Sequence record: MT446387.1
Source of the DNA: Escherichia phage TH09
Direction: 5' to 3' (one strand)
Length of the DNA: 64,000 nt
In this document: in pieces, positions 57,682 through 64,000 of the stretch
Layout of the letters: each line of letters begins with the position of its first letter
How positions within the stretch are numbered: the first letter of the stretch is position 1
The notes under the pieces: model-generated
Told to the model about the DNA's origin: nothing
The model's input: the letters and a program-made list of their open reading frames with translations, nothing else
Database searches by the model: none
Program-made: the position numbers and the translations under genes

Positions 57682-59370
57682 ATGCAACTGAATAATCGCG
57701 ATTTAAAAAGTATCATTGATAATGAAGCATTGGCTTATGCTATGTACACGGTTGAAAATCGTGCTATTCCAAATATGATTGATGGATTTAAGCCAGTTCA
57801 ACGATTTGTTATTGCTCGAGCTCTTGATTTGGCACGAGGAAATAAAGATAAGTTTCACAAACTCGCTTCTATCGCAGGTGGTGTAGCGGACCTTGGATAT
57901 CATCATGGCGAAAACTCTGCACAAGACGCAGGTGCTTTGATGGCTAACACTTGGAATAATAACTTTCCTCTGTTAGATGGTCAAGGAAACTTCGGTTCTC
58001 GTACCGTTCAAAAAGCAGCGGCAAGTCGTTATATTTTTGCTCGTGTAAGTAAAAATTTCTATAACGTATATAAAGATACTGAGTATGCTCCGGTACATCA
58101 AGATAAAGAACACATTCCGCCTGCTTTCTATTTGCCTATTATTCCTACTGTTCTTCTTAATGGCGTTTCCGGTATTGCAACTGGTTATGCAACTTACATT
58201 CTTCCTCATAGCGTTTCTTCTGTCAAGAAAGCTGTATTACAAGCTCTTCAAGGAAAGAAAGTAACTAAACCGAAGGTAGAATTCCCAGAATTTCGTGGTG
58301 AAGTCGTTGAAATTGATGGGCAATATGAAATTCGTGGAACATATAAGTTTACTTCACGAACTCAAATGCATATCACTGAGATTCCGTATAAGTATGATCG
58401 TGAAACTTATGTGAGTAAAATCTTAGACCCACTTGAAGATAAAGGCTTCATTATACATCAAGATAAAGAACACATTCCGCCTGCCTTCTATTTGCCTATT
58501 ATTCCTACTGTTCTTCTTAATGGCGTTTCCGGTATTGCAACTGGTTATGCAACTTACATTCTTCCTCATAGCGTTTCTTCTGTCAAGAAAGCTGTATTAC
58601 AAGCTCTTCAAGGAAAGAAAGTAACTAAACCGAAGGTAGAATTCCCAGAATTTCGTGGTGAAGTCGTTGAAATTGATGGGCAATATGAAATTCGTGGAAC
58701 ATATAAGTTTACTTCACGAACTCAAATGCATATCACTGAGATTCCGTATAAGTATGATCGTGAAACTTATGTGAGTAAAATCTTAGACCCACTTGAAGAT
58801 AAAGGCTTCATTACATGGGATGATGCTTGTGGTGAGCACGGCTTCGGCTTTAAAGTTAAATTCCGTAAAGAATATTCTTTGAGCGATAATGAAGAAGAAC
58901 GCCATGCAAAAATTATGAAAGACTTCGGGTTGATTGAGCGTCGTTCTCAGAATATTACCGTCATTAATGAGAAAGGAAAACTACAAGTTTACGATAACGT
59001 AGTTGATTTAATTAAAGACTTCGTTGAAGTTCGTAAAACTTATGTCCAAAAGCGAATTGATAACAAAATCAAAGAAACTGAATCAGCATTTCGTTTAGCC
59101 TTTGCCAAGGCACATTTCATTAAGAAAGTGATTTCAGGTGAAATTGTTGTACAAGGTAAAACTCGCAAAGAACTGACTGAAGAACTTTCTAAAATTGATA
59201 TGTATTCTTCTTATGTTGATAAACTAGTTGGAATGAACATTTTTCATATGACTTCCGACGAAGCAAAGAAACTTGCTGAAGAAGCTAAAGCTAAAAAAGA
59301 AGAAAACGAATATTGGAAAACTACTGATGTAGTTACAGAATACACTAAAGATTTAGAGGAAATCAAATGA
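57682..59370 (+). CDS. 52: topoisomerase II medium subunit gp52 carrying an internal 120-aa tandem duplication
   Basis: 562 aa versus about 442 aa expected; residues HQDKEH...EDKGFI occur twice. Confidence 0.9.
   Translation: MQLNNRDLKSIIDNEALAYAMYTVENRAIPNMIDGFKPVQRFVIARALDLARGNKDKFHKLASIAGGVADLGYHHGENSAQDAGALMANTWNNNFPLLDGQGNFGSRTVQKAAASRYIFARVSKNFYNVYKDTEYAPVHQDKEHIPPAFYLPIIPTVLLNGVSGIATGYATYILPHSVSSVKKAVLQALQGKKVTKPKVEFPEFRGEVVEIDGQYEIRGTYKFTSRTQMHITEIPYKYDRETYVSKILDPLEDKGFIIHQDKEHIPPAFYLPIIPTVLLNGVSGIATGYATYILPHSVSSVKKAVLQALQGKKVTKPKVEFPEFRGEVVEIDGQYEIRGTYKFTSRTQMHITEIPYKYDRETYVSKILDPLEDKGFITWDDACGEHGFGFKVKFRKEYSLSDNEEERHAKIMKDFGLIERRSQNITVINEKGKLQVYDNVVDLIKDFVEVRKTYVQKRIDNKIKETESAFRLAFAKAHFIKKVISGEIVVQGKTRKELTEELSKIDMYSSYVDKLVGMNIFHMTSDEAKKLAEEAKAKKEENEYWKTTDVVTEYTKDLEEIK
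58094..58453 (+). repeat. 360-bp tandem repeat unit 1 inside gene 52
   Basis: 359/360 identical to unit 2. Confidence 0.95.
58454..58813 (+). repeat. 360-bp tandem repeat unit 2 inside gene 52
   Basis: Single difference 58485 C versus 58125 T, synonymous. Confidence 0.95.
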
Positions 59371-59516
59371 GTCCATTCATAGGTATTACAAGCGCGGCAT
59401 TAGTATCTGGTAGCATTTTACTAGCGGGTTTAGGTGTTGTTCCAGCTGTAGCAGGAGGTCTTCTTGCGTTCGGCATTCAACGTGTTATCATGACAGTTAT
59501 CACAGTCATGCAGTAA
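59367..59516 (+). CDS. small membrane protein
   Basis: 49-codon hydrophobic ORF; ATGA overlap with gene 52 stop. Confidence 0.4.
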   Translation: MSPFIGITSAALVSGSILLAGLGVVPAVAGGLLAFGIQRVIMTVITVMQ

Positions 59517-59520
59517 TTTT

Positions 59521-59548
59521 AGGGAGAGCCAAGGCTCTCCCTTTTTAT
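59521..59548 (+). terminator. rho-independent terminator
   Basis: GGGAGAGCC-aa-GGCTCTCCC plus TTTTT. Confidence 0.65.
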
Positions 59549-59554
59549 TTTAAA

Positions 59555-59608
59555 ATTTTTTTCACAAAACGGTTTACAACCAAAGCATACTGTGGTACTA
59601 TACAACTA
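59555..59608 (+). promoter_or_regulatory. T4-type early promoter
   Basis: GTTTACA 59572-59578, TGTGGTACTATA -10. Confidence 0.6.
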
Positions 59609-59642
59609 TCAACTGCTGATACAGAATTACGGAGATTAGAAA

Positions 59643-60278
59643 ATGTCTAAAGTAACTTACATCATCAAAGCTTCTAACGATGTTCTGAATGAAAAAACTG
59701 CTGCGATTTTAATTACCATTGCTAAGAAAGATTTCATTACAGCTGCAGAAGTTCGTGAGGTGCATCCAGATTTAGGTAACGCAGTAGTTAATAGTAATAT
59801 TGGTGTATTGATTAAAAAGGGCCTGGTAGAGAAATCTGGTGATGGATTAATCATTACTGGTGAAGCTCAGGATATTATTTCAAACGCAGCAACTTTATAC
59901 GCACAGGAAAATGCTCCGGAACTGCTGAAAAAACGAGCAACTCGTAAATCTCGTGAGATTACTTCTGATATGGAAGAAGATAAAGACTTCATGTTAAAAC
60001 TTTTAGATGAAAATGGATTTGTTCTTAAAAAGGTTGAAACTTATCGCAGTAACTATCTCGCTATTTTAGAAAAACGCACTCACGGAATTCGTAATTTTGA
60101 AATTAACAACAATGGAAATATGCGAATTTTTGGATACAAAATGATGGAACATCATATTCAGAAATTTACTGACATCGGTATGTCATGCAAAATCGCTAAA
60201 AATGGTAATGTGTATCTTGACATTAAACGCTCGGCAGAAAACATTGAAGCTGTAATCACCGTAGCATCTGAACTGTGA
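59643..60278 (+). CDS. motA: middle-transcription activator MotA
   Basis: 211 aa; recognised as T4 MotA. Confidence 0.95.
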   Translation: MSKVTYIIKASNDVLNEKTAAILITIAKKDFITAAEVREVHPDLGNAVVNSNIGVLIKKGLVEKSGDGLIITGEAQDIISNAATLYAQENAPELLKKRATRKSREITSDMEEDKDFMLKLLDENGFVLKKVETYRSNYLAILEKRTHGIRNFEINNNGNMRIFGYKMMEHHIQKFTDIGMSCKIAKNGNVYLDIKRSAENIEAVITVASEL

Positions 60279-60288
60279 GGAATAAATA

Positions 60289-60618
60289 ATGAACAAGTTA
60301 GAAATTATTAATGAACTTCGTCGCTGTGCAGAACCCACTCAAGAGGGGTGGGATATCTGGTACCACGGAGCTTATCTTGGAACTATTGTAAAGATTAAGA
60401 CTGGTAAATATATGATTATTCGTGAAAGTAAAGATGCTCCAGTAGGTATTCGCAATAATTTCATGGCAGCTATAAGTTCCTTTACGGATTCAGCTTACGA
60501 AATTTACCTTGCTGATTATAAAGAATTCCAGGAATCTCAACCAGTTATTCGCTCAATTGGTGTTAACAAAGCTCAACAGAAAACTTTGTGGCAACGTATT
60601 AAAGGATGGTTTAAATGA
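60289..60618 (+). CDS. hypothetical protein
   Basis: 109 aa. Confidence 0.5.
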   Translation: MNKLEIINELRRCAEPTQEGWDIWYHGAYLGTIVKIKTGKYMIIRESKDAPVGIRNNFMAAISSFTDSAYEIYLADYKEFQESQPVIRSIGVNKAQQKTLWQRIKGWFK

Positions 60619-61076
60619 ATCCATTTATTAATCGTTTAAAAATGCTGAATGTTCCTTTATATCGTGAGACTCCAGAAAGTCTTGTTGAAAAATTTAAAGC
60701 ACACGGTTATAAATGCACAGAAGAAGATATTCTTGCAGAAGTTCCGGAAATCTGTTGGCAGTCTGCATACTGGGATGAAAACCAAAAGTACCAACGACGG
60801 ATTGTTTGCGCAGCCAACCGTTTTAAATTAAAAGATGGACGAATTCTTGTTATTCCGGGTGCTCGTCATTATTCTAAAGATATGGCAGCAGTTTTAGATG
60901 TAGTTAAACCTCAATTAGTTACTCAACAAGTTTGTGATGATGACCAAGGGTTTATTGACCAATATAGTAATTATTGGACACGTGAAGAAGCAATGATTAT
61001 TGCAACTTACGCTGGACAAGTACGTATTGAACGCGGTGGTAGTGAAAAAGAACTTTACTCTGAGGACCTTTACTAA
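60615..61076 (+). CDS. hypothetical protein
   Basis: 153 aa. Confidence 0.5.
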   Translation: MNPFINRLKMLNVPLYRETPESLVEKFKAHGYKCTEEDILAEVPEICWQSAYWDENQKYQRRIVCAANRFKLKDGRILVIPGARHYSKDMAAVLDVVKPQLVTQQVCDDDQGFIDQYSNYWTREEAMIIATYAGQVRIERGGSEKELYSEDLY

Positions 61077-61372
61077 TGAATATTAAAAAGTTTCAAATTG
61101 ATGGAATTATGAATCAAATCCAGGCATTGGAATATGCCAATAAAATGATGTCAACCAAATGGGGAATTTATGCCAATGAACCGGCATTTCAGTTCTGTAA
61201 TATGGAATTCACTAAAAAGCTCGTAGGAAAAGATTATGTATGTCCATTTAGTTCCCCAATAAATGGAATGCTAAAGCCTGCTTTACGCGATCTTTATATT
61301 GCGATGAACGAAGAGATGATAAAAGAACTAAAACGTCAACTGAAGGTGATTCAATTTGGCCAGGGAAATTAA
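61076..61372 (+). CDS. hypothetical protein
   Basis: 98 aa. Confidence 0.5.
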   Translation: MNIKKFQIDGIMNQIQALEYANKMMSTKWGIYANEPAFQFCNMEFTKKLVGKDYVCPFSSPINGMLKPALRDLYIAMNEEMIKELKRQLKVIQFGQGN

Positions 61373-61574
61373 TTCAAAATCTGATTATTTTAATTCTCTC
61401 AATGATAAAGATAAAAATCTAATACGGCATTTTATTGTTGAGATGGGATATACCGATACACGTGATTTAAGAGAACATATATTTGAATGTGGTGTAGCTA
61501 AAAAGTTTTCATTCACATGCAAATGTTTGAGAGAGGTAATTCAGCACTATGAACAATTTAGTCGCAAAACATAA
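61356..61574 (+). CDS. hypothetical protein
   Basis: 72 aa. Confidence 0.4.
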   Translation: MAREINSKSDYFNSLNDKDKNLIRHFIVEMGYTDTRDLREHIFECGVAKKFSFTCKCLREVIQHYEQFSRKT

Positions 61575-61657
61575 TTTTAATAAAGCTTCTGTTCATAAGG
61601 ATAAGAAGAAAGCGTTTAAAGAATCTAATCGCAAACAGAAACATAAGGGGAAGGTCT

Positions 61658-61936
61658 ATGATTATTGATTCTCAGTCCGTGGTTCAATACACAATCAAAA
61701 TTGATATTCTAGAAAAGCTATATAAGTTTCTACCAAATTTATACCATTCAATTGTCAATGAATTAGTTGAAGAACTGCATCTTGAGAATAATGATTTCTT
61801 GATTGGAACTTATAAAGACCTCTCAAAAGCAGGATATTTTTACGTAATTCCAGCTCCAGGAAAAAGTATCGATGATGTATTAAAAACTATAATGATTTAT
61901 GTCCATGATTATGAAATTGAAGATTATTTCGAATGA
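61658..61936 (+). CDS. arn: putative Arn (anti-restriction, McrBC inhibitor)
   Basis: 92 aa acidic protein; size and position match T4 arn. Confidence 0.5.
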   Translation: MIIDSQSVVQYTIKIDILEKLYKFLPNLYHSIVNELVEELHLENNDFLIGTYKDLSKAGYFYVIPAPGKSIDDVLKTIMIYVHDYEIEDYFE

Positions 61937-62085
61937 GTCATAATCTTGAAAAAGTAATCGAGCATAATGTAGCTCAGGAACGTGAGTCGTTCAAAGAATT
62001 CGTAGAAAAAATTTTTGAAGAAAATAATACAGACCAGTTTACAAATCAAACGTCTGATGATATTATAACAAAGTCAACTAATTGA
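61933..62085 (+). CDS. small hypothetical protein
   Basis: 50-codon acidic ORF. Confidence 0.3.
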   Translation: MSHNLEKVIEHNVAQERESFKEFVEKIFEENNTDQFTNQTSDDIITKSTN

Positions 62086-62097
62086 GTGGTATAGTTA

Positions 62098-62370
62098 ATG
62101 AATAAAAACATTGATACAGTTCGTGAAATTATTACTGTTGCGTCTATTTTGATTAAATTTTCCAGAGAAGATATTGTTGAAAATCGTGCTAATTTTATTG
62201 CATTTCTGAATGAGATTGGAGTAACGCATGAAGGTAGAAAGTTAAATCAAAATTCATTCCGTAAAATTGTTTCTGAATTAACCCAAGAAGATAAGAAAAC
62301 CCTCATCGACGAATTCAACGAGGGTTTTGAGGGTGTATATCGATATCTAGAGATGTATACGAACAAATAA
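62098..62370 (+). CDS. asiA: anti-sigma70 factor AsiA
   Basis: 90 aa; recognised as T4 AsiA. Confidence 0.95.
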   Translation: MNKNIDTVREIITVASILIKFSREDIVENRANFIAFLNEIGVTHEGRKLNQNSFRKIVSELTQEDKKTLIDEFNEGFEGVYRYLEMYTNK

Positions 62371-63027
62371 TTATTTAGCCCTTCCTAATATTCTGGCCGC
62401 CTGAGCACATATTGATTCAAGGCGGTCATTACTTATATGATCATTTCTATACCAGTACATGGTTATCGTTCCAGCATAGATATTATCCAAATTAAAATAT
62501 GGACAACTGTACATGTAGTTTATTTCGGGAGTAGGCTTTTTAGTTGGTAAAAAAGCAAATTTTGAGTCAGAATAATAATGACGTCCATTTAAATGAACTG
62601 TATATTCATCCATAGTTTTATCAACAGGATATCCTCCAAGTGATTTTTCAGTTATTGTTGAAGGTAATCTTCCTTCGTATGCTATAATATCAACAAAATA
62701 GTTTAAGTTTTTAGGGCGGAAAGAATACACCGCACTAAAGTCTGCCTCAGATGATATATGAACTATCTGGAGTTGTTCCAGGGCGACAGATTCAAAGCGT
62801 GCATTTCTTTCCTTTTCAATAATTTCACTGTATGTTTCATACTTTGATTGCTTATAGTACTCAAAGAAACTATCTCCCCTATACCAAACAATCGCCATCA
62901 TAAATAAAAGAATTACGACAGCTACCCGGGAAGCAAGAACTTTCCCGGTAGCGTTATCTTTGAACAAGCGATCTAGAACACCAAATAGAATATCAGAGGG
63001 CGAAAATGATATTCTAGGTGCTGCCAT
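62371..63027 (-). CDS. t: holin T
   Basis: 218 aa; recognised as T4 holin; stop abuts the asiA stop. Confidence 0.95.
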   Translation of the reverse strand: MAAPRISFSPSDILFGVLDRLFKDNATGKVLASRVAVVILLFMMAIVWYRGDSFFEYYKQSKYETYSEIIEKERNARFESVALEQLQIVHISSEADFSAVYSFRPKNLNYFVDIIAYEGRLPSTITEKSLGGYPVDKTMDEYTVHLNGRHYYSDSKFAFLPTKKPTPEINYMYSCPYFNLDNIYAGTITMYWYRNDHISNDRLESICAQAARILGRAK

Positions 63028-63044
63028 AGACCCTCCTTTTAAGA

Positions 63045-63052
63045 TATTTATA
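63045..63052 (-). promoter_or_regulatory. late promoter for t
   Basis: TATAAATA on the - strand overlapping the gene 38 stop, followed by GGAGG and the t start. Confidence 0.5.
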
Positions 63053-63599
63053 CGTAATGCTTGAATAAACGCTTATACCAAGGCTTCTGTTCTTTTTCAG
63101 GCCATTTAGGAAATTCACCACCTAAATGCTCATGCTTTTCTAAAAGAGCAAAGAACCGCTTAAGGTTTTTATAATAGAATTTTTCCTTTTTATTCGCGAC
63201 AGAAGCTTCAATCATATTATTTAAAACTTGGAATTCTTTGTATAATTCTTCAATTTTTCTATTGCGAATTAAAACGCGTTTATATGTTTCGTCTTCTTTC
63301 CAACCATCATCAGTCCATATATCAAATTCGCCGGGTTCATCAAAAGTTATACCAACCGGGCTTCCTATGTCAGTTATTAAGATTTCTTCTTTATTAAAAG
63401 TCCAAGCCCGTTTACCGCGATGGTCTTCTTCATAAATCCAATCCTGAATACGTTCATCAAATACAACTGCGTATCCTTCTTTAGGTTCTAAAGGTTTTTT
63501 AATTGTTGAATGAGCAGGAAGACCGAGACCTTTAACAGGTTTGTAATTTTCTTCTTTGTAAAATTCTTTAGTGTCAAAATAATAATGATAGATTTTCAT
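63048..63599 (-). CDS. 38: gp38, T4-type 183-aa tail fibre assembly protein
   Basis: 183 aa; recognised as T4 gp38. Confidence 0.9.
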   Translation of the reverse strand: MKIYHYYFDTKEFYKEENYKPVKGLGLPAHSTIKKPLEPKEGYAVVFDERIQDWIYEEDHRGKRAWTFNKEEILITDIGSPVGITFDEPGEFDIWTDDGWKEDETYKRVLIRNRKIEELYKEFQVLNNMIEASVANKKEKFYYKNLKRFFALLEKHEHLGGEFPKWPEKEQKPWYKRLFKHYV

Positions 63600-63630
63600 A
63601 TTTAGAAGGGGCCGAAGCCCCTCTCCTTAT
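63600..63630 (-). promoter_or_regulatory. gene 38 split ribosome-binding site hairpin
   Basis: On the - strand AAGGAGAG, then GGGGC-UUCG-GCCCC hairpin, then the ATG; matches the known T4 gene 38 split SD. Confidence 0.5.
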
Positions 63631-64000
63631 GCTAAACGAACAATATAGTTAAAAGCAATGTTTTTAACCGTGTTTTCTGTATTACCTGTACTATTTACAG
63701 TGATAGTATGACCATGCGAGCCAATTGCTACCGTGTGGGTATGAGCACCGATACCTACAGTATGGGTATGAGCACCAATACCAACAGTATGCGCGTGAGC
63801 GCCTGCGCTTGCAGCAGTACCAGATATAGAGTGCGAATGTGCCCCAGAAGAAGAAGTTCCAAGCGTATTACCACCACCGGCGGATCCTCTTATAGAACCA
63901 GTACCAGGAGAGTTGTTACTTCCCGCATAAAGAGCGCTTGTGTGGCTGTGCGCACCGGCGGTGTTTGTGGAACCGCTCAAACTATGCGTATGAGCACCAG
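63627..64000 (-). CDS. 37: long tail fibre distal subunit gp37, C-terminal part (continues beyond window)
   Basis: C-terminus ...[11 protein letters not shown] with His-rich [16 protein letters not shown] repeats; ORF open to the window end. Confidence 0.9.
   Translation of the reverse strand, partial: GAHTHSLSGSTNTAGAHSHTSALYAGSNNSPGTGSIRGSAGGGNTLGTSSSGAHSHSISGTAASAGAHAHTVGIGAHTHTVGIGAHTHTVAIGSHGHTITVNSTGNTENTVKNIAFNYIVRLA

Noticed and set aside
58094-58813. CRISPR array or minisatellite interpretation of the gene 52 repeat
   Set aside because: Only two copies of a 360-bp unit, no spacer structure, and the repeat is in frame within a coding sequence.
1-64000. tRNA, rRNA or CRISPR loci
   Set aside because: No cloverleaf-like structures or repeat-spacer arrays seen; the T-even tRNA cluster lies outside the region this window covers.

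Overview
This window reads as a contiguous early/middle-gene block of a T4-like (T-even) phage, in reverse orientation to the standard T4 map, so nearly all genes are on the + strand. Calls rest on my recognition of protein sequences and motifs in the ORF track; no database search was run. Gene order left to right: an nrdC-distal accessory cluster, nrdC, 49 (endo VII), nrdD/nrdG/nrdH, 55, a-gt, 47/46, rpbA/45/44/62/regA/43, imm, 42, a glycosyltransferase, uvsX/40/41, dmd, sp, 61, 56, soc, modB/modA/srd/dda/dexA, motB-region paralogs, 39, rIIA/rIIB, denB, ndd, stp, 52, motA, arn, asiA, then convergent late genes t/38/37 on the - strand. Sixteen early promoters of the GTTTAC-N17-TGGTAtaAT type, three MotA-box middle promoters, two TATAAATA late promoters and many GGGCUUCGGCCC-type hairpin terminators punctuate the block. 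No tRNA, rRNA, CRISPR array, intron or homing endonuclease was seen. The strongest anomaly is an in-frame 360-bp tandem duplication inside gene 52, making gp52 562 aa instead of about 442. Other leads are a small ORF with a capsid-targeting-like N-terminus upstream of gene 61, a nucleotidyltransferase-fold protein and an AAA+ ATPase at the left edge, and a non-T4-type glycosyltransferase where T4 carries beta-gt.
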